Below are positions 1-9,593 of a stretch of 64,000 nt of DNA, one piece after another; within the stretch, counting starts at the first letter, position 1, and the number at the start of each line of letters is the position of its first letter. The DNA lies in the IMG/VR virus record IMGVR_UViG_3300002220_003476, positions 15,495 through 79,494 of that record; one strand, 5' to 3'. The notes beneath the pieces are model-generated. The model was not told the DNA's origin and did not search any database. It was given only the letters and a program-made list of their open reading frames with translations. The stretch comes from a virus (Duplodnaviria > Caudoviricetes). A program made the translations under genes and the position numbers.

Positions 1-18
1 TAGCAGTAACCAGACTTA

Positions 19-573
19 GTGATTATGTGGAATATTGTGAAATTATTGGAAATATTTATGATTAAAATAGATGACTTAAATAGACCTCCGAAGATGGGGG
101 AAACGTATTTAGTTCCATGTTATAGATTTAACTATACAGAACATAAAAATGAATTTCAATTATCATGGCTTGATGTAGATAATTATCAACAAACAACTAT
201 TTTTATACCAGTAATAAATCATCCCCATTCAGATTACGAAAACGGGCAAAAATACATACACTATCATGTGGATTTTAGATTTACTAATGGAGAGTATGAA
301 ATACCATGTTATACAACAGAATATCTATATTATGGCCATGTTTTAATGAGAATAAATAAAGAATTTACTCCGGTTTATAAACCTTTTAAAGTTATTAACG
401 AACATCAAAGATTTATAACAGATGAGATATTCATACAAAAGTCTAAATTTAAAAAATGCATAAAGAACAACAGATGTCCACATAGAGGATATGATTTAAG
501 TCAGGTAAGACAGATTAATGGATGTATAACGTGCCCATTACATGGATTAAAATTAAACTATGAACTTTCATAA
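19..573 (+). CDS. Rieske [2Fe-2S]-motif protein
   Basis: C-terminal CPHRG-x15-CPLHG matches the Rieske CxH...CxxH ligand pattern; N-terminal His-rich HPH...HYHVDFRF segment. Confidence 0.65.
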   Translation: MIMWNIVKLLEIFMIKIDDLNRPPKMGETYLVPCYRFNYTEHKNEFQLSWLDVDNYQQTTIFIPVINHPHSDYENGQKYIHYHVDFRFTNGEYEIPCYTTEYLYYGHVLMRINKEFTPVYKPFKVINEHQRFITDEIFIQKSKFKKCIKNNRCPHRGYDLSQVRQINGCITCPLHGLKLNYELS

Positions 574-622
574 AAGAAAAAAGATTCGCATAGAATATTA
601 CATATGGAAATCCTAAATAACG

Positions 623-1462
623 ATGAAAACGCTAACATCTAAAATAGACAAAACTGTAAACTTCATAGTGAATCATCGTGATGGTAAACTAGAATCACGT
701 TATGTCAAACGTCGAAAAGACGACTTCACCTGCTATTTAAGTAGTCATAATGGTTGCAATAAAGGTTGCAAATTCTGCTGGCTCACCCAAACAAAACAAA
801 TCACGTTTCATCCAGCAACACTTCTAGATATAGTCAATCAAGCAAAACCAGTTCTTGAACACGCCTCGAAAGATGAAACAAATAAACAGGTTAATTTTTC
901 CTTCATGTCTAGGGGTGAACCGCTATCTAATCCCAATATTCAACAATATTGGCCGGAGATTTCTAACGCTTTGTATCTTGAAGCAAGAAAATATGGTTTC
1001 ATTCCAACATTTAATATCTCAACGATCATGCCTAAAGATGCGAACATGAGTCTACGAGAAGTTTTTTCAGTTAATTGTCCAACTATTTATTACTCTTTGT
1101 ATAGTATTGATCCAGAATTTAAGAGAGAATGGATGCCGGGAGCAATGTGGGAATTTCGTGCTTTGAGATTACTTCAGGACTATCAGGAATTCTCACAGAA
1201 GATTATCAAAATTCATGGAGCATTGATTGAAGGACAAAATGACGATTTAAGCGAATGGATTGAGATAATGAATTATATTGATGCGATTGGACTGAGGATT
1301 AAAGTACAATTTGTAAGATATAATCCAAAAGATGAAAGCAAAGAGTCGAATGTATTTGACTTTATTGAGAAGTTGAGGTATAATACAAGTCAGCCTGTTT
1401 CTGTGGTTGACCGTGTTGGTCAAGATGTTTATGGTTCTTGCGGGATGTTTGATTATGAATAG
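623..1462 (+). CDS. RlmN/Cfr-like radical SAM RNA methyltransferase
   Basis: CYLSSHNGCNKGCKFC (CxxxCxxC plus upstream Cys), FMSRGEPL (cf. MGMGEPL), C-terminal GSCGM (cf. ACGQL). Confidence 0.8.
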   Translation: MKTLTSKIDKTVNFIVNHRDGKLESRYVKRRKDDFTCYLSSHNGCNKGCKFCWLTQTKQITFHPATLLDIVNQAKPVLEHASKDETNKQVNFSFMSRGEPLSNPNIQQYWPEISNALYLEARKYGFIPTFNISTIMPKDANMSLREVFSVNCPTIYYSLYSIDPEFKREWMPGAMWEFRALRLLQDYQEFSQKIIKIHGALIEGQNDDLSEWIEIMNYIDAIGLRIKVQFVRYNPKDESKESNVFDFIEKLRYNTSQPVSVVDRVGQDVYGSCGMFDYE

Positions 1463-1682
1463 ATTTATTGAGTATAAAGATTATTTTTTAAAATCAGAAT
1501 ATGATAAAGACTGGGAAGTATATTTTGGCTATACAAAAAATATATCTCATACAATAGAATTCTCAAAAAAGGAATGGCAACAGTTTTGTGATAAAAACAA
1601 ATTTCCAGAGTTTTATAAAAAACTAACGTATTTTACATATAAGATAAGACCATTTGTATTTATTAAAATAGGTGTTTTATGA
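1455..1682 (+). CDS. hypothetical protein
   Basis: ORF; ATG at 1455 overlaps upstream stop. Confidence 0.55.
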   Translation: MNRFIEYKDYFLKSEYDKDWEVYFGYTKNISHTIEFSKKEWQQFCDKNKFPEFYKKLTYFTYKIRPFVFIKIGVL

Positions 1683-1930
1683 TAGAACTTAAAGCAAATA
1701 TTAAAGTAACAAAAGAGTATTCTGGCAAATCTAAGTTTACTTTTTGGAATGATCTTCGTATTGGTGATGTAATGACTATTACACATAATTTAGGTCATAT
1801 AGGTGGTAATCGAGGATATATGTATTCACCTACTATAGTATTTACTGTTAATGATATTGCATTCAGTAGTTCATACAATACTGCTACAAATTATCTATCA
1901 AAAATTGGATTTGAAAAATATGACAGTTGA
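1679..1930 (+). CDS. hypothetical protein
   Basis: ORF with ATGA overlap. Confidence 0.6.
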   Translation: MIELKANIKVTKEYSGKSKFTFWNDLRIGDVMTITHNLGHIGGNRGYMYSPTIVFTVNDIAFSSSYNTATNYLSKIGFEKYDS

Positions 1931-2276
1931 TATTGACTATGTGTACAGTAGGCTAGTATGTGAATTCAATCACTATGACATATGTATTGATGGTATTATT
2001 GAGGTTGATGGAGTAAAGAAATTCTGCAAACTTTATGATGATCATTTAGAAACAGATAGAATTGCCGAATACGAGATATATGATGTGGATTGGACATCTG
2101 AATGCCTAGAGTATCTTGATGATTATATGAAGACCTTTAACCATTGGTGTTACAAAAATTGTAAACGCCAGAGAGGATTAGACGAATACACCAAGAATAT
2201 AAAATGGTTCAATGAAAAATGGGATAAAAATCCAATTAGGAAACAGATAAAGGATAGAACATGCCACCAATTATAG
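1920..2276 (+). CDS. hypothetical protein
   Basis: ORF; likely start ATG 1920. Confidence 0.55.
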   Translation: MTVDIDYVYSRLVCEFNHYDICIDGIIEVDGVKKFCKLYDDHLETDRIAEYEIYDVDWTSECLEYLDDYMKTFNHWCYKNCKRQRGLDEYTKNIKWFNEKWDKNPIRKQIKDRTCHQL

Positions 2277-2653
2277 GGATAATATTACTCATACCATTTG
2301 GTATGGTAGGGTTACTAACATTAATTTTCTCTTTAATAGAAAAAGATGCGAAATCATTCAAATTATTTTGTGTATTTTTTCTATTTTGTGTTTTGGATAT
2401 TTATTTTTTAAATTTTACTATTGATTATGAGCAAATTGGTGTATATAAGGTTTATTTGGTACAGAATCAAGCAGAAATAAGATTTCCATTAAAAGATGGT
2501 TCTACAAAAATCGTGAGTCTAAATAGATTATTCAATAGAAATTTTGAAGAAGATGAAGAAGTGGTGGTATACAAACCTGTTGATAAATGGTATGGCCCAT
2601 TTTATGTTTCTTCTTTAGATCCAGAATATCCTTGGAGATATGAGATAAAATGA
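2261..2653 (+). CDS. hypothetical membrane protein
   Basis: two N-terminal hydrophobic segments. Confidence 0.6.
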   Translation: MPPIIGIILLIPFGMVGLLTLIFSLIEKDAKSFKLFCVFFLFCVLDIYFLNFTIDYEQIGVYKVYLVQNQAEIRFPLKDGSTKIVSLNRLFNRNFEEDEEVVVYKPVDKWYGPFYVSSLDPEYPWRYEIK

Positions 2654-3360
2654 CTGATTCATTAAAAATATTACAAAAATCTTGGTGTAAAGAAACGTCA
2701 TCTGATTCCGACAATTGGACGGAAGATAATCCAGCTTGGGGACAATGTGCAATAACTACCGTATTAATTCAAGAAATGTTTGGTGGAGAAATTTTACACT
2801 CCTTTGTTTATTCGAAAGGAAAAGATTATTCACATTATTATAATGTTCTACCTGATAATTCAATAATTGATATAACTGCTATTCAATTTGATAAACGTGC
2901 TTATTTTGATTCATATGATGAACCAAATCCAAATATTGATATTAAGAATTATATTCTTTCATATCCAGAAACTCTAGAACGATATAAACTGCTAGTAAGT
3001 AGATTTTCTAATAATTTACAATCAATTTTATATAAGCTACAAGAATCATTAAATGGCTGGACTGCAATTTGGGCAGCAGATATTGAAGACGATGATTGTG
3101 ATTGGTGGTATATTACACCAACTAAATCATGGAAAAGAGAAGGGTATATTATAGACTTAAAAGATTTCCAATTAGGAGATTTAGATATAGAAATTCCAGA
3201 AGATTGTAATTCATTATCTGAACTAATTCCTTTACCTAAATCTAATCCTTTTGAATATATATGGGATGAATGTATTGAAGATGGATACACAAGTAGAAGA
3301 GATTATGAAACAGAAAAACAAGACCTAATAAGGGCAGGATTTAAAATTCATGATAAATAA
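2650..3360 (+). CDS. YunG-like domain fused to acidic C-terminal domain
   Basis: NPAWGQCAITT...FGGEIL...HYYN...DITAIQF resembles the YunG family. Confidence 0.55.
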   Translation: MTDSLKILQKSWCKETSSDSDNWTEDNPAWGQCAITTVLIQEMFGGEILHSFVYSKGKDYSHYYNVLPDNSIIDITAIQFDKRAYFDSYDEPNPNIDIKNYILSYPETLERYKLLVSRFSNNLQSILYKLQESLNGWTAIWAADIEDDDCDWWYITPTKSWKREGYIIDLKDFQLGDLDIEIPEDCNSLSELIPLPKSNPFEYIWDECIEDGYTSRRDYETEKQDLIRAGFKIHDK

Positions 3361-3967
3361 AGAACTACTGATAATCAGACACGCTAGAAGTGAACACAAC
3401 GCGAGGATAACAGGATTTCTTGATAGCTCTCTTACAGAGTTTGGTAGACATCAAGCAAAAACCGTTGGAAAATTTTTAAGTGATCAGAAAGAACTTCAAG
3501 GCTGGTCAATTTATACATCACCATTTAAAAGATGTATAGAGACGACACAAGAAATTTTGGAAAATTATAAAACTGATTCTAATTATATAACTATTGATGC
3601 TAGACTTGGTGAATGTTTATTAGATATAAATTCTAGTATTTTAGTAGATATGCCAGAAAGTACGTTATATAGAGGATTAGTATGGTACGGTAATATAGAC
3701 TTACTATCTAAGGTTAATTACTCCAAAAAGTTATTTAAACATGAGAACCATCAAGACTATCTTCAAAGAATGAGAGAAGCATATGACTCTATACCAAACA
3801 AGTCTATAATTATTACACATGGATTAAACGTGGAAGTATTGAGACAAGAATGTTTACATACTCTAAATCATGTACCGTTATGGAATTACGGAATAGATAA
3901 CTGTAGCATGACTTGGATTAAAAATGGGCGAACGATTTGGTGGGGGAGGAATTTACATTATGAATAA
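3350..3967 (+). CDS. histidine phosphatase (phosphoglycerate mutase family)
   Basis: LIIRHARSEHN, TSPFKRCIET, IITHG. Confidence 0.85.
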   Translation: MINKELLIIRHARSEHNARITGFLDSSLTEFGRHQAKTVGKFLSDQKELQGWSIYTSPFKRCIETTQEILENYKTDSNYITIDARLGECLLDINSSILVDMPESTLYRGLVWYGNIDLLSKVNYSKKLFKHENHQDYLQRMREAYDSIPNKSIIITHGLNVEVLRQECLHTLNHVPLWNYGIDNCSMTWIKNGRTIWWGRNLHYE

Positions 3968-4574
3968 AATGAAATTCTCAATAATAATGTCAGTATACAA
4001 TAATTGGAACTTGACATGTCACGCTATTGATTCTGTAATTAATCAGTCTTACAAAAATTGGGAACTGATAATAGTTACTGATGGTGATCCACCACACGGA
4101 TTCAATCCAAAAAGTATTGTTGGTTCTATTTTTATTTACAAACCCGACTTATATGACAAAATTAAAGTAATAGACTTTAAAAGTGATGGAAAATTTGGTA
4201 ATTTAACTAGGTACGAAGGATTAAAACATTGTACTGGAGATTATACAATTTGGTGTAATCATGATAATCTTTTAGACAGAGACTATCTACACACGCATTT
4301 AGAAAATATTGAAGAAGAAAAAGAGTGTATAAGCATTATACCAATAAGGCACTGGTCAAACCACAGAAGATATTGTGGTGTTCTCCCTTTCAAGATTGAA
4401 AGCGGAGGATTAGATCTATTAAACTTGGCTCTACCAACACATAGAGCAAAAGAAATACAAGCGTTTAACAACGATATTTATAACGCTGATTGGTTAATAG
4501 TAGAAGACTTAATGAAGTTAAATATACCAGTCAAACAGTTTAAATCAACAAATAGTTTTGGGGCACATTTTTAG
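3960..4574 (+). CDS. glycosyltransferase family 2
   Basis: FSIIMSVYN...AIDSVINQSYKNWELIIVTDG; start ATG 3960. Confidence 0.85.
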   Translation: MNKMKFSIIMSVYNNWNLTCHAIDSVINQSYKNWELIIVTDGDPPHGFNPKSIVGSIFIYKPDLYDKIKVIDFKSDGKFGNLTRYEGLKHCTGDYTIWCNHDNLLDRDYLHTHLENIEEEKECISIIPIRHWSNHRRYCGVLPFKIESGGLDLLNLALPTHRAKEIQAFNNDIYNADWLIVEDLMKLNIPVKQFKSTNSFGAHF

Positions 4575-4582
4575 GAAATAAT

Positions 4583-4897
4583 ATGAGCATCGTAAGAATA
4601 ATTAAAGAGTGCGATGAATATTACGAAGAAGAAAATAAACAAGTATTGGATCAAGCTTTAAACACTTGGGAAACTCAAAACGAAGTGGATAGTAGGTTTA
4701 AAGTTGGCAGTTTTGGTCATCACGAATCTATTGACAGAATTCATATAATTCAAGAGAATTTGGAAAGTTATGTATTAAATCATCATTCAGTAGTTAGAAA
4801 TATGTCAGCATTTAAAATGTGTTTTTTAGCTCAACAATTACTATTAGAAGCATATCAAATATTAGCGTGTGAAAATGTTGAAGATACCTCTTACTAG
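4583..4897 (+). CDS. hypothetical protein
   Basis: ORF with AGGA RBS-like motif. Confidence 0.6.
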   Translation: MSIVRIIKECDEYYEEENKQVLDQALNTWETQNEVDSRFKVGSFGHHESIDRIHIIQENLESYVLNHHSVVRNMSAFKMCFLAQQLLLEAYQILACENVEDTSY

Positions 4898-5492
4898 AAT
4901 TAAAAATCATAAACTGTCTGGTTTAATTGCTTACAGAAAAATAATGTGGGAATTAGGATTACCTAATTTTTATGTATTAACTGGAGGAGCACTAAGAACA
5001 ATCTTTAATCCTTATGAACATATAAATGATTATGATATTTTTATATTATCTAATAATCACGAAGATTTATTCAGAAGAAAACAAATATTAGAAGATATTC
5101 TTATTAAATATGGATTTAAACAAGTATTTAAATGTCCAAAAGGTGAGTTGTCTACATTTAGATTTGGTACATTAAAGTTTCAAATTATTAATGTTGGTAA
5201 TACGTTATATTCATCTCCAGAAAATATTTTTGACAATTTTGATTTTCATTTATGTCAGATGGCATACTTTGATAAAGAGTTTTATGTATCAAAAATGGCA
5301 ATTAAGTCTATACATTCAAAAAAACTAAGTATACATAGACTAACTTTTCCTGCTGCAACTTTAAAACGTATTCCTAAATATCAAAAATATGGATACAAAA
5401 CTTCAGATTGTTATATTGAATTCTGTAAAATGTTTGCAGATAATATTAAAAATAGTATAGATATGAATTTAGAACAAGTTTATGTGGATTAA
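4869..5492 (+). CDS. nucleotidyltransferase (tRNA nucleotidyltransferase/poly(A) polymerase head-like)
   Basis: LTGGALR...INDYDIF, FDFHLCQMA, RIPKYQKYGY. Confidence 0.7.
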   Translation: MKMLKIPLTRIKNHKLSGLIAYRKIMWELGLPNFYVLTGGALRTIFNPYEHINDYDIFILSNNHEDLFRRKQILEDILIKYGFKQVFKCPKGELSTFRFGTLKFQIINVGNTLYSSPENIFDNFDFHLCQMAYFDKEFYVSKMAIKSIHSKKLSIHRLTFPAATLKRIPKYQKYGYKTSDCYIEFCKMFADNIKNSIDMNLEQVYVD

Positions 5493-5596
5493 TATATAAA
5501 AATAAAGAACAAACTTTTAAAAATTTATGGATATCATAGGTTAGTAGCGGCTAATAGCACAAATAAGAAACAGATACCAGTTATAGTAGGCGAATA

Positions 5597-5935
5597 ATGA
5601 CAAGTAAAGAATTTTTAGATATTTTAGAAACATGTAAAAGTAAATTCAATTTTTCTTCTATGTTAGAAGAATTAAAACATGGTAAAAGTTATGATGGTAT
5701 TTATCAAGAATTAGTCGATAAAGGTTTAACTCTTGATTACACTGACAACTTTGGTGGATCAGAAAGAAGTAATGATTATTGGATTGTATTTTCTGTAAAA
5801 GATAAAGATAATCAAATTACTTATTTTAAAGTTCCCGGTTATTATGATTCTTACTGTGGAGGCGAGTTGTATGTTAGTCAATTATTTCAAGTAGAAGAAA
5901 CAGAAAAGACGGTGAAATATTGGAAATCAATTTAA
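5597..5935 (+). CDS. hypothetical phage protein
   Basis: ORF; GGSE...YW...GYYDSYCG pattern. Confidence 0.6.
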   Translation: MTSKEFLDILETCKSKFNFSSMLEELKHGKSYDGIYQELVDKGLTLDYTDNFGGSERSNDYWIVFSVKDKDNQITYFKVPGYYDSYCGGELYVSQLFQVEETEKTVKYWKSI

Positions 5936-6954
5936 TAGCTCCTATTAACCAATTAAGTTATGGTATAGTTAGTTACAATATATTAAAAGAATTACAAAAA
6001 GAGTGTTCAGTTAGTTTATTTCCATTAAACTTAGATCTACAACAAAATCAAATTCCAATAGTTAAACAAGCTTTAGATAATGCAAAGTTTTTCAATGATA
6101 AAACACCATGTTTAAGAATATGGCACGCTCACGACATGAGTATGAGAGTTGGTTCTGGTAAATTTTTTGGTATGTCAATTTTTGAAGTAAACGGTTTTAC
6201 AGATTTAGAAAAACATCATCTTTCATCGTTAGACGAAATATTTGTATGTTCAGAGTGGGCAAAATCTATTGTAGATCAAAATCTAAATATTCCATGTCAT
6301 GTTGTTCCATTAGGTGTTGATACTGAGATATTTAAACCTCAATTTATTAGGAAGAGAAAAAAATACACATTTTTAAATGTTGGTAAGGCTGAGAAAAGAA
6401 AAGGTCATGACTTATTAATTAAAGCTTTTAATGACGCATTTACAGAACAAGATGACGTAGAATTATGGTTATGTTGGGATAATAAATTTCCAAACTGTCA
6501 ACAAGATAAATGGAAATCTTTGGTTAGTAATAGTAAACTAAGTAAAAAAATCAAAGAACTACCAAGACAAAACACTCAGTATGATTTGGCATATATTATG
6601 CAACAAGCAGACTGTGGTATTTTCCCTTCAAGAGCAGAAGGTTGGAATTTACCATTACTTGAAATGATGGCTTGTGGAAAACCAGTGATAGCAACTAACT
6701 ATTCTGCACATACACAGTATTGTACTAAAGAAAATAGCTATCTTATTGATTGTGGTTTAGAGCCAGCAAAAGACGATGAATGGCCACAATTTAATGGTGA
6801 ATTTCAGTGGGCCAAACCAGATTATGACCAACTTATAGAACATATGAGATTTGTGTATAATAATGAAATATCAGAGAACACACCAGGATTAATAACAGCG
6901 AATGAATATACGTGGAAAAATACAATATTACAACTAAAGACTTACATACATTAA
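5920..6954 (+). CDS. glycosyltransferase family 4 (GT-B)
   Basis: FLNVGKAEKRKGHDLL; FPSRAEGWNLPLLEMMACGKPVIATNYSA. Confidence 0.9.
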   Translation: MEINLIAPINQLSYGIVSYNILKELQKECSVSLFPLNLDLQQNQIPIVKQALDNAKFFNDKTPCLRIWHAHDMSMRVGSGKFFGMSIFEVNGFTDLEKHHLSSLDEIFVCSEWAKSIVDQNLNIPCHVVPLGVDTEIFKPQFIRKRKKYTFLNVGKAEKRKGHDLLIKAFNDAFTEQDDVELWLCWDNKFPNCQQDKWKSLVSNSKLSKKIKELPRQNTQYDLAYIMQQADCGIFPSRAEGWNLPLLEMMACGKPVIATNYSAHTQYCTKENSYLIDCGLEPAKDDEWPQFNGEFQWAKPDYDQLIEHMRFVYNNEISENTPGLITANEYTWKNTILQLKTYIH

Positions 6955-7409
6955 TACAACTATCAGAAGCGTCGGCAAAATTCACCTTTCAGAAGTTTAG
7001 AAAGAAAATTTCGAAATTCTCATTAGATTTTTGTGATTTATGTAGCTTTTTGCTTGATAAGGCTATATACTTAGACGGTAGATTCAATGGCACTGGAAAA
7101 AAGAACGCCTACATATTATACTACCTAAATAAGTTTGGAGCCGAAAAAATGAAGCAAAAAAAGAATAAAGAGTTACAGCTTACAGATCAGATATTATCTA
7201 ATTTATATTATGTCGATAAAAACGAACACATGTTAGAATTCTTAAAAAAGAGAACAACAGATCAAGAGTATAACATTGTATATATGCACATCTGGGAAAA
7301 TCTAACATTTAGACAAATAGCAACAAATTTTAACTTATCCGCAGCATATGTTAATAGAGTTTATTTAAGAGTAATACATAAATTAAAAAGGTATATCAAT
7401 GACATCTGA
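6912..7409 (+). CDS. sigma-70 region-4-like HTH protein
   Basis: C-terminal LTFRQIATNFNLSAAYVNRVYLRVIHKLK; GTG start. Confidence 0.6.
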   Translation: MEKYNITTKDLHTLIQLSEASAKFTFQKFRKKISKFSLDFCDLCSFLLDKAIYLDGRFNGTGKKNAYILYYLNKFGAEKMKQKKNKELQLTDQILSNLYYVDKNEHMLEFLKKRTTDQEYNIVYMHIWENLTFRQIATNFNLSAAYVNRVYLRVIHKLKRYINDI

Positions 7410-7680
7410 TACAAATAAAATCTCATCTATTATATTTACTAAAGATAAGGTAGAATTAATTGGTAATCTAGATGATGTATCTGATATTGTTTTTGGTATA
7501 TTATCTGGTAATTATGACGAGTTATTAAACAATGAATGTAAAAATAAATTAAATACTCAACAATTAAAAAACGTGCAAGACCAATTAGTAAACTTATTAA
7601 TAAAAAAAACAGAGACATCTTTATATGACAAACCTATAATTCATCCAAGTAATACTTTAAATAAATTTTATAGGAAATAA
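7399..7680 (+). CDS. hypothetical protein
   Basis: ORF. Confidence 0.55.
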   Translation: MTSDTNKISSIIFTKDKVELIGNLDDVSDIVFGILSGNYDELLNNECKNKLNTQQLKNVQDQLVNLLIKKTETSLYDKPIIHPSNTLNKFYRK

Positions 7681-7683
7681 TAC

Positions 7684-8280
7684 ATGAAAATATCTTGGGA
7701 AAAATTAGATTTTACTGATAATTTGGATGATGAATTTGATGACGATATTGATTATGAAGACAAAGGAAGTCAATTAATTCCACTAACATTTATGGGTGGT
7801 AATACTATTAATTCAATCTTGGGACCAATCAATTTAAACAGTAATCATAACATTATAGATTATTATGATATCTGGATTATGGATACCAATTTTGATATTA
7901 CTCAAAAAGTTTCTGATCAAATTTCAAAAATAGAAGGTATAGAAATTTTCTATCCAGTAAGTAGGTATAAATCTATAGTTGGATTTGGTAAGCTATTTAA
8001 AGCTTCAGAAGTTAAAGTTAATGTTGAATATATTCTTACTGGAAAACATAAACATTTTATACTTATAAATAGTATAGAAGACATAAAAATAAAAAATGAC
8101 TGTTTTAAAATATATAAAAAAATATCTAAATATCCATATTGGGCAATGTATATATTTCCAAACGGTCAAATTGAACAAATATTTTTATCGGATCAAAACG
8201 ATTTTGAAAACAAACTACAACAATTTATTGAATATCAAAATAAATCACAAGGAATGTTAATATATGCAGATTACAACTGA
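7684..8280 (+). CDS. hypothetical protein
   Basis: ORF, acidic N-terminus. Confidence 0.6.
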   Translation: MKISWEKLDFTDNLDDEFDDDIDYEDKGSQLIPLTFMGGNTINSILGPINLNSNHNIIDYYDIWIMDTNFDITQKVSDQISKIEGIEIFYPVSRYKSIVGFGKLFKASEVKVNVEYILTGKHKHFILINSIEDIKIKNDCFKIYKKISKYPYWAMYIFPNGQIEQIFLSDQNDFENKLQQFIEYQNKSQGMLIYADYN

Positions 8281-8671
8281 TCATATAAAAATAGCTAAGA
8301 AAGCTAGTAAAAGATATTCTAAACATCTAAATAAAGATGAATTGTGGTCCTGTATATTAACAGGTATATTTAAAGCTCAATCATCGTTTGATGAAACAAA
8401 ATCTAAACTAACTACACATATCTATAATAATGTTAGATGGGAATGCTTAGGACAGATGCAGTTTAATCAGAGGTCTCACTTACCAATAACTAAAGATTTT
8501 GCCAATAAATTCCAAGCAGAAGAACAAGACAATAGTTTTGAACTACTTATAGATAAATATGTTATTAGGCTGTCCTATAAGGAATTAGAGCAAAAATATT
8601 CAAAGTCTCGTCAAGAATTAAAAAAACAAATAGAAGTTTTAAAAAACTTGTATATTTCTTTGAATAGTTAA
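8264..8671 (+). CDS. minimal sigma-70-like factor (regions 2 and 4)
   Basis: DELWSCILTGIFKAQSSFDETKSKLTTHIYNNVRW (region 2-like); LSYKELEQKYSKSRQ (region 4-like). Confidence 0.65.
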   Translation: MQITTDHIKIAKKASKRYSKHLNKDELWSCILTGIFKAQSSFDETKSKLTTHIYNNVRWECLGQMQFNQRSHLPITKDFANKFQAEEQDNSFELLIDKYVIRLSYKELEQKYSKSRQELKKQIEVLKNLYISLNS

Positions 8672-8690
8672 CCTTTTCGAAAGAAATATC

Positions 8691-9227
8691 ATGGCTCAAA
8701 CAAAAACAATATCTGGTAATGACTATAAAAATGTTGGTAGTACATTACTAAACGGTGGAACAACCACTAACCCAAAAACTAATGTAACATCTTTACTAGA
8801 TCATGCTCTAGTAACTAGAGGTGGATCAAAAGTAATTAATAGTTCTTCAGTTGGAACTACCAAAGCTTTATCTTCAGGTGTATTTGCTTCTTATGAAGCC
8901 GGTAAATATGTAATGTATAAACTTGGTTCTAGATTAGCTGGAACAGATAATACATTCCTATTAACTGGTGTTTCTCACTCTGGTGTTAATGCTCTACATC
9001 TTGGTAGAGGTAATTATAGATATCATATTACTGGATGGTCTTATACAACTGGAGCAGCAACAAAAGGAGGAAATGCTGGTGACGCATTTACTTATTTTGA
9101 TCCAGAAAATAATACTACAATTAATGTAGAACCTAGACCAACAGCAGACGTTCCAGGTGAATTAGTGTATATGTACGGTGCGTTAACACCTGCAATGGCA
9201 GACTATAAAGCAAGAACATTAGCATAA
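8691..9227 (+). CDS. Gly/Thr/Ser-rich protein, possibly virion structural
   Basis: composition distinct from neighbours; co-transcribed with holin-like gene ahead of a terminator. Confidence 0.45.
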   Translation: MAQTKTISGNDYKNVGSTLLNGGTTTNPKTNVTSLLDHALVTRGGSKVINSSSVGTTKALSSGVFASYEAGKYVMYKLGSRLAGTDNTFLLTGVSHSGVNALHLGRGNYRYHITGWSYTTGAATKGGNAGDAFTYFDPENNTTINVEPRPTADVPGELVYMYGALTPAMADYKARTLA

Positions 9228-9237
9228 GGTATAAATA

Positions 9238-9495
9238 ATGAAGTTTTTAAAAGATGTATGGAATGTAACAATTGGTAATACTCCATCAAACTCAGAGGCT
9301 GGTAAAGTAAACTATAATGACTTACTCAAACTAGCAAGAGATGGAGCACTAGTCGGAGTAGCTGCTGTAATCACATTTAGTATTGATAATTTAAATCATG
9401 ATCTAATTGGTGATTGGACTCCAGCAGTAATTACTGTTCTTTCAGTTGCTCTTAAAGGTATACAAAGATTAGTTAAAAATAATAAAACAGTCTAA
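9238..9495 (+). CDS. small two-TM protein, putative holin
   Basis: 85 aa, two hydrophobic helices, basic C-terminus RLVKNNKTV. Confidence 0.45.
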   Translation: MKFLKDVWNVTIGNTPSNSEAGKVNYNDLLKLARDGALVGVAAVITFSIDNLNHDLIGDWTPAVITVLSVALKGIQRLVKNNKTV

Positions 9496-9520
9496 TTTAA
9501 AATCAATAATATTTAGAATT

Positions 9521-9549
9521 ACCCTCCAATGTTGGAGGGTTTTCTTTTT
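9521..9549 (+). terminator. Rho-independent terminator
   Basis: accctcca-atgt-tggagggt perfect 8-bp stem followed by tttcttttt. Confidence 0.85.
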
Positions 9550-9593
9550 ATACACCTATCAGGTTAATTTAAAATTTACAAAAAGAGAAAAAA

